From Beggiatoa alba B18LD (lineage in GTDB: Bacteria; Pseudomonadota; Gammaproteobacteria; Beggiatoales; Beggiatoaceae): a stretch of 64,000 nucleotides of DNA. A program made the position numbers and the translations under genes. Below, piece by piece: positions 26,810-36,657 of this stretch. The notes beneath the pieces are model-generated. The model was given only the letters and a program-made list of their open reading frames with translations, was not told the DNA's origin and did not search any database. Position 1 is the stretch's first letter. Every line of letters starts with the position of its first letter. The DNA is taken from assembly GCF_000245015.1 (NCBI RefSeq), contig NZ_JH600070.1:3823062-3887061 (forward strand), read 5' to 3'.

Positions 26810-29800
26810 CTATTTCTTGCCTCCCTCATATAGCTCCCAATAACGCCCTGCAATCGCTTGCCAATCAAATTGCTCGACAAATGTTCTGCCTGCGTTGCCT
26901 AATCGATAACGAGCGGTTGTATCCGTGATTAATTGAATAATTGCCTCAACAAACGCATTCATATCATCTTCAATCATAATGCTTTGTCCATTAATCACGG
27001 GAATTCCTTCCGCGCCTTTAGCGGTCGCAATCACAGGCAAACTACTGGCAAAATACTCCAAGATTTTCATCCGTGTACCGCCGCCATCTTGTAACGGCAC
27101 AATCGCAATATCAGCAGCTTTTAAATATGGGGCGACTTCATCGACAACACCTGTAAAATGCAAATCAGGGTGATTTTTTTGCGCAGGCGGATATTTGCCG
27201 ACTGCTAAACATTTTGGATAGTAACCCCGTTGATTTAATGCGGGTAATATCACGTTATCGATTAATTCTACTGCTTGACGATTGGGCGGATAGAGATAAA
27301 TACCATGAAAAACAAGGACAATATCATCTTGACTGATGCCATATTGTTGGCGAATTTGTTCAGGAGATGGGCTAGGATGATTAAAAGCGTTTAAATCCAC
27401 GCCATGCGGGATTAACGTTAATTGTTGATTAGGAACGCCAACTTGTTCCAATTTTTCTAAATCTGCTTGTGAAACGACGATAACATTATCCGCAGTGCGA
27501 CATAAACGAATTTCTGTCTCACGCATAAAGGTTTCCGTTGCACTAGAAACATTGTAAGTCCTTGCAATTCTTGCAAATTCTACATTGTGTTCTACAATGC
27601 TGGTTTGTCCGCGAAAAAGGAAATGCGCCCAGCGACAAGCGTCTAAATAAGCGGGGAATTCTGCTTGATAAACATCAATTTTTTTCTGTAAAGCGACGTA
27701 TAAAACCCGTAAACGGAAATTTTTATCTAACAGGGGGAAAAATAAAAAAGCGTCGTCTAACGGGATGCCGTATTGTGCCTTTAAGGTCTGGCGTAGGGTT
27801 TCTTCAGGTTGTGCCCACAGGCGACGCAGTAAACGCGGGTAAAGCTCTTCGCGCATTGCACCATTTTGGAAAATATAAAATTTTTCGCGGTCTGCGGTGA
27901 TTAAATAAACTTCGTCATAGAGTGAGGAAAGGGCGCGGGCGGTGTGGTAAATCTTCGCTGCCGCGCCGTGGTCAACGGGGAAAACGTCGTGACGGGTGAC
28001 AATCGCAAGGTGTTTTTGATGCCGATTTTTCAGGCGATTCGCTAAGGGCATAAAAAAGCGGTTCACCACTGCGCGATATAGCAGTTTAACGCCTTGATTA
28101 AGATGTTTAAATCGTGTTTTTAAGCGACGTTGTTCGGCGATATCTTGCCAAAGGGTGACTTGTTGCGCAGTTTCAGCTTGTTGCTGATGTAATTGTGCAA
28201 TCTCCTGTTTTAACCGTTCGCATTCTGCCCAGCTTTGCAGTTTGGCTTCAGTGATTTGTGTCGCTAAGACTTGTTCAGCGGTTAATTGCGCTTTTACGCT
28301 TTCAAGTTGCTGTTGTAACTGTTGCGCGTCTTGTTCATGGCTAAAGCGTTTTGCTAATGCCATAAAGAAGTGGCTACGTTTGTCGAGTTTGTGCGGGTTA
28401 CGACAGAAGTCGACCAGCGGTTGCGTGGTTTTTTCCCAGTTAAATTGTTCTAAAATCAAGCGTTGTGCATTCGCGCTTTTTTGTGCAAGGTTTTCTTGTC
28501 CTGTAATAATGCGACTCACAACGCTTGCAAGGGCTTGGTCATCATCGGAAGGAATTACCCAACCTGCATCATATTCACGAATTAAGTCAGCAACTTCTAA
28601 AAAGTCGTTGCAAATTACAGGCAAGCCACAGCGTAAATAGTCGATGACGCGGAAGGAAAAACTTAGTTCGCGTTCACAGTTTTTTGTGCCTAATTCAATG
28701 CCGATATCTGCTTGTAAATAAAATTGTTCCATTTCGTTATAGGGCATTAAATCGGATTTGTGCAGAATATGCTGATAACGGTCTTCTTCAGGCAGTTTTA
28801 GGCTAATTGCTTCACCGCCCGCTAGTGGATATTTGCCAACAACTAAATGCAGTTTCCCGCGTGCGTGTGTGTCTAAAGTGCGCATAATGACGAGCATCCA
28901 CGCGGATGGGTCGCGCCATGGCCAAATCACGCCCCCATAGACAAAAGCGGGCTGATGGTCGGGGGCAGGGGTTGGACGTTGTGGCAGTTGTGGATTGGCA
29001 GAAATAGGAATTAAATCTAGGGGATTGGATTTGCAACTGATACCGCTCATTAATAACCAGCTGATATGAAACCCTTTTTGCCGTTTGGTGCAGCATAGAA
29101 AGTGGTCGGCACGGCTGAGGGTGTAAATATAATCAATCAGTTCTAATTCGACGTTGTGTTGTTCTTGAAATTCAGCCTCAAGCAATCGGGGAGCGAGTAG
29201 GTCTAAAACGATAGGAATTGGGAAGTTTTCAGGCAATTGGCGCATGATTTCCCAATAACCGACAATTAACACAGCGGGCTGATGTTGCGCAATCAGGGCT
29301 TGTAAGTGTTGGTAGTCTTGGTAAGGGGCGAGCGTGACTAGCGATTGTTCAGGAATCGTGCGCACGGTGTTGGCTTGTGTGGCGTAAATAACCTCAAAAC
29401 CCTGATGTTTTAAGCCCATTGCTAATCCCCACGCTCGAATTCCGTTACCTGTAACGGATTCGCCTGTAACAGGGAACATGCCATGCGTAATTAAGAAGAT
29501 TTTGCGGTTTTTTTGTTCAGAACTTTCTGAATTTATTATTAAATCTGTTTGTTGAGTTGAGTTTGACACGGTATTTTTTGTTTTTTGTAATAAAACTTCT
29601 AAAGTGGAACAGGTAAAGTCGATTTGTTGCCCGTCTGGGAGTTCGTTGGCGAGCGTTTCTGCTAATTCGGCATCGATAGAGATTGCGCCGACATTGCGAC
29701 ATAAGCGTAGTGTTAAGCCTGATTCGTGGAAAAAGCGTAAATAATCGGCGTAGGTGTAGCGATTAATATGCGGATTTTCATAGACTTGATAAGTCAGTGC

Positions 29801-30799
29801 TTGTGCGAATTTTTCGCCCCATTGTTTGGCGAGTTTGGCGAAAAATGTTGCTTTATCAAGCCGTAAATGGTCATAAGGGCGTAATAGATGGGCGTATGAA
29901 TCTGGTTCAGTGAAGCGCATCCAGTGCCCATTGTACTCAAACCAGAGATGATGCCCAATTGCTGACGACCATAAAGGGCCAAAATAGCCGTATATCATGC
30001 CATTAGGTTTTAATAAGCGTGACATTTCGCGCATTGCGATTTGAAAATCATGAATATGTTCAAACGCAGCAATGTTGAAAATGAGGTCGAAACTTTCATC
30101 TTCAAACGGTAAAGCACGAATATCACCATGACATAAAACAATTTTATCGGTTATTCGTTGTTTAGCGGTTTTATCTTGCCAATACCAGTTATTAATCCCG
30201 ACCCCGCGTTGCATTCCCGCTAATTCTAATTCATATAAGACATTTGCATTGTCTGCGCCAATTTCTAGGATATTTTTACCGCGTATATCAACCGCTTGTT
30301 TTAAAGCAGTTAAAGCGTCTTTTTGATAATCCGCTAATTTCCCATCTAAAAATGGCGTTCCTATAGGGTTAAATAATTGATTTAATGAAATTGTTTCAAG
30401 CGATGAATTGATAGCTGTCGTATTGGCTGGTCTATTGAATAAGCTGAAGAAAAATTGATTTTTCGCCGTTAATAAATGGCTGATAACGGGCTGTGAAAAT
30501 GAGGCAGGTAGCCAGTTTGCAAGGGCTTGATTTTCTGTAATAACAACGTCAATCGCTGTATTTTTTAATAAATTTTGTAATGCCTGTGCATCAGGACAGA
30601 CGACGCATTGACAAGCCGTTATTGCTATCGTCGCGTTGTGGGCGTATGCGGCGGTGCTTGCCCAAATGACATTGAAGCCGTGCTGACTGATTTGTTGGGC
30701 TAATTGCCATGCATAAACCGTTTCAGTGAGGGGCGTTTCTGCGGTTGGAGTGGCATAATCGGTGAGAATTAAAACAGTATAAGTTTGTTGAGTGGTCAT
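26810..30799 (-). CDS. Multidomain glycosyltransferase/methyltransferase: class I SAM-MTase domain, GT4-like domain, coiled coil, C-terminal GT4 (Glycos_transf_1) domain
   Basis: 1329 aa. The SAM-MTase region is ILEIGADNANV...FDLIFNIAAFEHIHD...LKPNGMI. The C-terminal GT4 signature is GGTRMKILEYFASSLPVIAT. Confidence 0.65.
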   Translation of the reverse strand: MTTQQTYTVLILTDYATPTAETPLTETVYAWQLAQQISQHGFNVIWASTAAYAHNATIAITACQCVVCPDAQALQNLLKNTAIDVVITENQALANWLPASFSQPVISHLLTAKNQFFFSLFNRPANTTAINSSLETISLNQLFNPIGTPFLDGKLADYQKDALTALKQAVDIRGKNILEIGADNANVLYELELAGMQRGVGINNWYWQDKTAKQRITDKIVLCHGDIRALPFEDESFDLIFNIAAFEHIHDFQIAMREMSRLLKPNGMIYGYFGPLWSSAIGHHLWFEYNGHWMRFTEPDSYAHLLRPYDHLRLDKATFFAKLAKQWGEKFAQALTYQVYENPHINRYTYADYLRFFHESGLTLRLCRNVGAISIDAELAETLANELPDGQQIDFTCSTLEVLLQKTKNTVSNSTQQTDLIINSESSEQKNRKIFLITHGMFPVTGESVTGNGIRAWGLAMGLKHQGFEVIYATQANTVRTIPEQSLVTLAPYQDYQHLQALIAQHQPAVLIVGYWEIMRQLPENFPIPIVLDLLAPRLLEAEFQEQHNVELELIDYIYTLSRADHFLCCTKRQKGFHISWLLMSGISCKSNPLDLIPISANPQLPQRPTPAPDHQPAFVYGGVIWPWRDPSAWMLVIMRTLDTHARGKLHLVVGKYPLAGGEAISLKLPEEDRYQHILHKSDLMPYNEMEQFYLQADIGIELGTKNCERELSFSFRVIDYLRCGLPVICNDFLEVADLIREYDAGWVIPSDDDQALASVVSRIITGQENLAQKSANAQRLILEQFNWEKTTQPLVDFCRNPHKLDKRSHFFMALAKRFSHEQDAQQLQQQLESVKAQLTAEQVLATQITEAKLQSWAECERLKQEIAQLHQQQAETAQQVTLWQDIAEQRRLKTRFKHLNQGVKLLYRAVVNRFFMPLANRLKNRHQKHLAIVTRHDVFPVDHGAAAKIYHTARALSSLYDEVYLITADREKFYIFQNGAMREELYPRLLRRLWAQPEETLRQTLKAQYGIPLDDAFLFFPLLDKNFRLRVLYVALQKKIDVYQAEFPAYLDACRWAHFLFRGQTSIVEHNVEFARIARTYNVSSATETFMRETEIRLCRTADNVIVVSQADLEKLEQVGVPNQQLTLIPHGVDLNAFNHPSPSPEQIRQQYGISQDDIVLVFHGIYLYPPNRQAVELIDNVILPALNQRGYYPKCLAVGKYPPAQKNHPDLHFTGVVDEVAPYLKAADIAIVPLQDGGGTRMKILEYFASSLPVIATAKGAEGIPVINGQSIMIEDDMNAFVEAIIQLITDTTARYRLGNAGRTFVEQFDWQAIAGRYWELYEGGKK

Positions 30800-30866
30800 T
30801 GATGCATTAAATGGTTGTGCATTTCCCGCTTGTGTGATGGAGAAACAAGCGGGAAACAGTGCGATT

Positions 30867-33134
30867 TTATGATATTTGTTTGTCTTCTAGCCCCATTTTT
30901 TTAACCGCTTGTAACAATTGTGTTAATTTCCCTTGTTGTTCTGGGGTACTGTGGGCAAGCAATTTTGTGAGAAAAGCCGCAAGGCTTAAGTTTTGTACGT
31001 CTTGGCTAGAAAAAGCAGGATTGGTTAAAATGGCTTTTAAATCTAGGGTTAAATCGCCTTTTGCGTCTTCTGCTAAGTAATTTTTAAACAGTTGTTGGGT
31101 GGTTTGGCTGTTATCGACAAAGCCATCAATCGCTTTTGCCATTGAGGTTGCGCTGAGAATTTGTTCAAAAAAGCGACTATCACCGCCGATAATATCAATT
31201 TTCGCGGTTTTTAAGGCTTCTGCTAACACAGCTGCTTGCATTTCTGCGGTGACTTTTTGCGCATCCATCCGCAATTTTTCAACGTCGAGTTGTTGCGCCA
31301 TGCGTAAGCGGAATTCTTCGTGTACTTTGCCTGTTTCGCTGAGTGCATCTAACGATTTGAATTTCTCGGCTAATCCTGCCGCTTCAGCTAGGAAACGTTC
31401 TTGTAAGGCTTTAGCCTCAGCAATTCCTTGCTTCTCAACTGCTTGGGCATTGGCTTCTTTAATTTTAACATCTATCATGCCTTGTTTTTCTAACGCGCTT
31501 GCCATCGCTTCTTTTACCCGAGCTTGAGCAAGTCCTTTTTGTTCTTCGCCTGTTGCTTCAGCTTGGAGTTTTTCCAGTAAGGCTTTTGCTTGAGCAATGC
31601 CATCTTTTTCGGTTAAGGCAATTTCTGCCTCTTTGACCCGCGCTTGGGCTAGCCCTTTTTGCTCTTCGCCCGTTGCTTCGGCTTGGAGTTTTTCTAGTAA
31701 GGCTCTTGCTTGGGCAACGCCTTCACGTTCAATGGCGAGGGCATTGGCTTCTTTGACTTTGACATTGGCAAGCCCTGAAGCAGCTTGTTCGGCTTGAACC
31801 CCTTCGGCAAGACGGATTTTGGCAAGGGCTAATTTATCTGCTGTATCGCGTTCTGCATCAGCAAGGGTGATTTTTTCTAGGGCTTTGAATTTTGACGCTT
31901 CGTGTGAGGCTTCTGCCGCTTTGATGTCGGTGACTAATACTTCTTGGGCGATGGCTTCGGCTTGAATAATTTTGGTTTGTTTTTGGCGATTGGCTTCAGC
32001 GAGAACACGTAATTCTTTGGTGCGTTCTTCTTCTTCGGCAACGGTTTTTTCGACTGCAACTCGTTCACGGACAACGTGGGCAATGTCGCGTCGTTGTTCT
32101 TCTAGGGCTTTCTCTTTTTCAATCCGTTGTAATTCAATTTCACGCTCACGATTAACAATTTCTTGTTCTTGCGCGAGTTTTACCCGTTCAGATTCAATAC
32201 CAACCACACGTAAGCGATTTTGTCCTGCTACTTCGATTTCACGTTGTTTGTTTTCTTCTTGGATGGCGAGTTGTTCTTCAGTGTGTTTGCGAGCAGTTTC
32301 TGAGCGGAGGCGTTCTTGTTCGGCGACGGTCGTCATTTCTGCTTGCTCATGGTCGCGGACGTTTTGAATTTCGCGGGCTTGGCGGGCTTCTGCGTCGGCT
32401 TGTTGGCGTTCGAGTTCTAAAATGGCTTCTTTCGCTTCGACGTTTTGCTTGGTGATTTTCATCTTTTCCTGATTTTTGAATTCATTGGTCAGGACGTTTT
32501 GATTTGCGGTTAATTCGGTAATTTTGCGTATCCCTTGTGAATCAAGGATATTACTGGGGTCTAAATCGGTTAATGGGGTTTGTTCCAGATAGTCGATGGC
32601 GGCATCTTCTAGGACATAGCCGTTTAAGTGTGTGCCGATGAGTTCAATAATTTTGTCGCGGAAGGAGTCGCGTTCTTTGTAAAGGTCTTCAAAGTCCAGT
32701 TGTTTACCCACAGTTTTGAGGGCTTCGGAGAATTTGGCTATAAAGAGTTCTTCTAAGGTTCTTTGGTCTGAGGCGCGGGCGCAACCGATGGATTGGGCAA
32801 CTCGTAAGACATCTTCAGGGGTTTTGTTGACACGTACAAAAAAGGTGACTTTGATGTCAGCGCGAATATTGTCTTTACAAATTAAGCCTTCTCGTCCTCG
32901 TCGGTCTATTTCTATGGTTTTGAGCGAAATATCCATAACTTCTGCTTTGTGAACAACAGGTAACACAATACGACCTGTAAAAGTTACAACGGGTTCAGAC
33001 TTCATGGTGTTGACGATAAGTGCTTTGCCTTGTTCTACTTTTTTGAAAAAGTGGAAGATGAGAAAGAGCACACCAAAGAGGATAAATGCGAGAATGAGAA
33101 TACTGGTTAGAACAAGTCCAAGGGAAAGAGTCAT
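30867..33134 (-). CDS. Flotillin-family (SPFH/band-7) protein with a long coiled-coil tail
   Basis: 755 aa with an N-terminal TM, an SPFH domain (IVNTMKSEPVVTFTGRIVLPVVHKAEVMDISLKTIEIDRRGREGLICKDNIRADIKVTFFVRV), then E/A/K/Q-rich heptads. An internal 120-bp tandem duplication spans 31521-31760. Confidence 0.75.
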   Translation of the reverse strand: MTLSLGLVLTSILILAFILFGVLFLIFHFFKKVEQGKALIVNTMKSEPVVTFTGRIVLPVVHKAEVMDISLKTIEIDRRGREGLICKDNIRADIKVTFFVRVNKTPEDVLRVAQSIGCARASDQRTLEELFIAKFSEALKTVGKQLDFEDLYKERDSFRDKIIELIGTHLNGYVLEDAAIDYLEQTPLTDLDPSNILDSQGIRKITELTANQNVLTNEFKNQEKMKITKQNVEAKEAILELERQQADAEARQAREIQNVRDHEQAEMTTVAEQERLRSETARKHTEEQLAIQEENKQREIEVAGQNRLRVVGIESERVKLAQEQEIVNREREIELQRIEKEKALEEQRRDIAHVVRERVAVEKTVAEEEERTKELRVLAEANRQKQTKIIQAEAIAQEVLVTDIKAAEASHEASKFKALEKITLADAERDTADKLALAKIRLAEGVQAEQAASGLANVKVKEANALAIEREGVAQARALLEKLQAEATGEEQKGLAQARVKEAEIALTEKDGIAQAKALLEKLQAEATGEEQKGLAQARVKEAMASALEKQGMIDVKIKEANAQAVEKQGIAEAKALQERFLAEAAGLAEKFKSLDALSETGKVHEEFRLRMAQQLDVEKLRMDAQKVTAEMQAAVLAEALKTAKIDIIGGDSRFFEQILSATSMAKAIDGFVDNSQTTQQLFKNYLAEDAKGDLTLDLKAILTNPAFSSQDVQNLSLAAFLTKLLAHSTPEQQGKLTQLLQAVKKMGLEDKQIS

Positions 33135-33364
33135 CTTAAATTCTCCATGTTTGGTGATGAGTTAACGGCGGGTTAATCCTAAGCATTTCATATTAGTTTC
33201 ATATTAAAACATCAAAATAGTAGGATAACTAGTTGCGATTGTTATTATTTAAGGCATGATATAAGGGTTTTTACTTAGGGCTTTGGCTAATTCTATGCAT
33301 AATTTTAAGGGTATTCAGTTTAGCGATGTTAATTAGTTTTGTTTTACCTATTTCTGATTTTATC

Positions 33365-34447
33365 ATGAAAATAATGAATAATTTAAAATGTAGAAATTTG
33401 AATTTATTTGTTTTCTTTTTATTTAGTTTTTATACCTTGTCGCTACGGGCAGAACCGATTGTATTAAAAATTCACACGTGGACAGGGTATGTAAAACCTT
33501 ATGAAAAAGAGTTTCAGGCGTATGCAAAAACACAATGTCATGAAGATATTCAGTTAGAGGTTACTTATGCGACAGGCTTAACTTCTTTTGTTGAGCAATT
33601 GACACAAAATACAGCGGATTTAATTAGCCCTGCAAATGATGTGATTGAGCACTTATGGCAAAAGCAATTAATTCGTCCTTTGGATTTAGAGAAAATTCCT
33701 AATTTTAGACAAGTTAATCCCATTATTTTACGACATGGTTTTTATCGGTTGGAGGGGCAGGTATATGCCGCACCGTTTACTTTTGGGCCTTATGCCTTAG
33801 CGTACAATAAAGACCGTATGCAAGCACCGACTTCTTATGTCATTTTATGGGATGAACGCTATCGTAAACGAGTTTCTATCAGTGGTGATTTTTATGCGGC
33901 AAATATTTATATGGTCGCCTTGTTTTTAAAAATTCCAGAAAGTCATTTATTCAATTTAAGCGATACAGAACTATCAAAAATTAAAAATAGATTATCTCTT
34001 TTACATACGACACAAATTTATCGATATTGGGAGAGTAATTTAGAACCAAATGATATGAATGAATTAGATGTTGGTATGGACTGGGGCGTTGGTGTGCATA
34101 TGATTAATGCACGGGGTGGTAATTGGGATTTAGTGATTCCTGAGGAAGGGGCAACGGCGTGGGTTGATAGTTGGGTAATGGCAAGTGGTATTGCTAATAA
34201 AAAAATTGATGCTGCCTATTGCTTTATTAATTTTATGTTGAGTGCAACAACACAGGCGCAGGTGATGCGACAAACGGGATATGGGGGGACGAACCTCTAT
34301 GTTTCTCGCTATATGAGTGTGAAAGAACAAATTATTTATCATGTGACCGACCCTGATTATCTGCGCAGGCTGATTTTGTGGCAGCCATTACCGACTGACA
34401 TATTAGAAAAATATGAAGCCATATGGAAACAGGCAACTCAAAACTGA
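33365..34447 (+). CDS. Periplasmic solute-binding protein, PotD/PotF (polyamine)-like family
   Basis: Signal peptide MKIMNNLKCRNLNLFVFFLFSFYTLSLRA. Length is right for a type II solute-binding fold. Start chosen at 33365. Confidence 0.5.
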   Translation: MKIMNNLKCRNLNLFVFFLFSFYTLSLRAEPIVLKIHTWTGYVKPYEKEFQAYAKTQCHEDIQLEVTYATGLTSFVEQLTQNTADLISPANDVIEHLWQKQLIRPLDLEKIPNFRQVNPIILRHGFYRLEGQVYAAPFTFGPYALAYNKDRMQAPTSYVILWDERYRKRVSISGDFYAANIYMVALFLKIPESHLFNLSDTELSKIKNRLSLLHTTQIYRYWESNLEPNDMNELDVGMDWGVGVHMINARGGNWDLVIPEEGATAWVDSWVMASGIANKKIDAAYCFINFMLSATTQAQVMRQTGYGGTNLYVSRYMSVKEQIIYHVTDPDYLRRLILWQPLPTDILEKYEAIWKQATQN

Positions 34448-35970
34448 TGTTTTCGCTAAATTATATGATAAATACAAAATTATCTTCATTACATCAACGC
34501 ATTTTTTGGTTGGTTACAGGTTCTGTTGCTGTTGTTGCTGTTTTATTAAGCGCATTTTTTTTCGTTACTGTTTATACCGCGTTGCATAATCATATTAGTG
34601 AAAACAGTCATTTAATTCTTAGCTACTTGTCGAATAATGTTGCATTGTCTTTAGAGCAAGAAAATTATTCGATGATTGTGAATCTTTTTGATGGGGTCTC
34701 GAAAACAGGGGATTTAGTCAATGTGTGGCTATTAGATCAGAGTAAATATGTCCTTATTTCTACTGATGAAACTGCAACAGGTTTATTGTTTCCACTTGAT
34801 ATTGCCAAACATGCTGGATTTGCAAGTTTAACTTTAGAAAATCAATATACCATTGCTATTTTGTCGAATGATGCTGTCGTTGATCAGGTCAGCCGACTGT
34901 TATTATTAGGAATAGTTATTGCCTTAGCGGTATTATTTACATTATTGCCTTATTGGATTCATCGTTTAACGCATAGCTTAACCAATCCTATTCATCAAGC
35001 CAGTCGGGCGGCGGTACAAATGGCTTATGGTAATTTTGATATTCATCTGACTTCTTCTCAAATTCGTGAAATAGATACGTTAGTTGATTCTTTAGCCAAT
35101 ATGTCAGCGCAGTTAAAGGACTTAACGAATCATTTAGAGCAAAAAGTTGATGAGCGTACAATACAATTAGCACAAGCAAATCAAGAAATTTCTTTGTTAA
35201 ATAGTCGCTTGAAAACAGAAAATATACGCATGAGTGCTGAATTAGATGTGACTCGGCGTTTACAAATGATGTTATTGCCTTCTGAGGATGAATTAAAACG
35301 TATTTCAGATTTGGATATTGCGGGATTTATGGAACCTGCTTCTGAAGTCGGTGGCGATTATTACGACGTATTGTGTCATAACGGACGGATTAAAATTGGA
35401 ATTGGCGATGTTACAGGGCACGGCTTAGAAAGCAGTGTTTTGATGCTGATGGTACAAACAGCGGTTTATACCTTATTGACGAATGAAGAGCGTAATCCGA
35501 TTCGCTTTTTAAATGCTTTAAACCGCACAATTTATCATAATGTCCAGCGGATGAATTCAGATAAAAACTTAACGTTAGCCTTGTTAGATTATGAAGATGG
35601 TTATTTATGGTTGAGTGGTCAACATGAAGAAATTCTCATTGTGCGAGAAGATGGCAATATTGAGTTGATTGATACAATGGATTTAGGGTTTCCTATTGGT
35701 TTAGAACAAGAAATTAGTCATTATATTGATCAAGCCCATTTGAAATTAGAGACGGGTGATGTTGTTGTGTTATACACTGATGGAATTACAGAAGCAGAAA
35801 ATACTGCACATGAACATTATGGTTTAAATCGATTAATTAATGCAGTAAAACGCTCGCATCAACTCGATGCACATGCTATCCGTCAAGCGGTGATTCATGA
35901 TTTACATCGCTATATCGGACAACAAAAAGTCTATGACGATATTACCTTATTAGTCTTAAAACAACGTTAG
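34447..35970 (+). CDS. Membrane sensor PP2C-family Ser/Thr phosphatase (HAMP plus SpoIIE/RsbU-like domain)
   Basis: N-terminal TM and HAMP-like linker, then ASEVGGDYYDV...GIGDVTGHGLESSVLMLMVQ...LYTDGITEAEN. The ATG overlaps the upstream stop (TGATG). Confidence 0.65.
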   Translation: MFSLNYMINTKLSSLHQRIFWLVTGSVAVVAVLLSAFFFVTVYTALHNHISENSHLILSYLSNNVALSLEQENYSMIVNLFDGVSKTGDLVNVWLLDQSKYVLISTDETATGLLFPLDIAKHAGFASLTLENQYTIAILSNDAVVDQVSRLLLLGIVIALAVLFTLLPYWIHRLTHSLTNPIHQASRAAVQMAYGNFDIHLTSSQIREIDTLVDSLANMSAQLKDLTNHLEQKVDERTIQLAQANQEISLLNSRLKTENIRMSAELDVTRRLQMMLLPSEDELKRISDLDIAGFMEPASEVGGDYYDVLCHNGRIKIGIGDVTGHGLESSVLMLMVQTAVYTLLTNEERNPIRFLNALNRTIYHNVQRMNSDKNLTLALLDYEDGYLWLSGQHEEILIVREDGNIELIDTMDLGFPIGLEQEISHYIDQAHLKLETGDVVVLYTDGITEAENTAHEHYGLNRLINAVKRSHQLDAHAIRQAVIHDLHRYIGQQKVYDDITLLVLKQR

Positions 35971-35984
35971 CGTGATAATTAACT

Positions 35985-36452
35985 ATGCCTTATTTTTGTT
36001 GTAATCAAGTGCAAGCCTTAGAAAAAACGTTTAAAGCGATTCAACTACAACGAATGCAGGGAATTCCTATTGTAAATCCTGCATTACAAGTTGAGGCAAT
36101 TAATTTTCAAGTGTGGGAAAAATATTGTGTTGGCATCCTTATAACACCTTGGTTTATGAATTTATTGGTATTACCAGATAGTACCGAACAATTACATTAT
36201 TCACCTAAAAGTGATGAAAAAATTACTTATCATTTTCCATCAGGAGAATATGAGTTTTTAGTCTGTTATGAAGAAAGTTTAGGGATTTATCATAGTTGCT
36301 CGCTTTTTTCCCCCATGTTTGATTTTACAACGCAAGAAATAGCAAAACAGACCGCTCAACAAGTCTTAATGTTGTTAATGCAACCTGTTGAGTTAATGGA
36401 AAAGAAAGGAATTTCACGGCGGGATTTATTACGTGGGAAAGCCAGAGAGTAA
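35985..36452 (+). CDS. HybE-family [NiFe]-hydrogenase assembly chaperone-like protein
   Basis: GILITPWFMNLLVLP...YHFPSGEYEF...GIYHSCSLFSPM closely parallels the E. coli HybE pattern GCVITPWMLSAVIFP...YGTMTF...YLSCSLMSPL. Confidence 0.55.
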   Translation: MPYFCCNQVQALEKTFKAIQLQRMQGIPIVNPALQVEAINFQVWEKYCVGILITPWFMNLLVLPDSTEQLHYSPKSDEKITYHFPSGEYEFLVCYEESLGIYHSCSLFSPMFDFTTQEIAKQTAQQVLMLLMQPVELMEKKGISRRDLLRGKARE

Positions 36453-36486
36453 TTTAATCACGTGTTTAATACGTTTTTAAAAGCTT

Positions 36487-36640
36487 ATATAGTAACCGTA
36501 CTATAAAACGATGCGAAGGACTGGCAGTCCTCACAGGACTGCCAGCCCTAAATTTAAATCACTTTGTGGTACGTTTACTATAATTCTGCTAATTCTGAAA
36601 ATTCTGGTTCAGACAAGCTGTTGTCTCTTTAAAAGAATCT
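36487..36640. repeat. Composite repeat cluster: an ~85-bp hairpin-centred element (14-bp TIRs tatagtaaccgtac / gtacgtttactata around the 36520-36544 hairpin), a solo MITE TIR (36572-36606) and a B hairpin
   Basis: Related copies lie at 62927-63050 and 26770-26800. Confidence 0.5.
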
Positions 36641-36657
36641 CGCAGAACTGGGGTTAT

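Noticed and set aside
27562-32952. Multiple plus-strand ORFs (27562-27900, 28242-28640, 31099-31527, 31597-31797, 31972-32367, 32716-32952)
   Set aside because: They are antisense to the 1329-aa GT/MT and 755-aa flotillin genes. Ser/Ala/Cys-rich translations are typical of antisense coiled-coil DNA.
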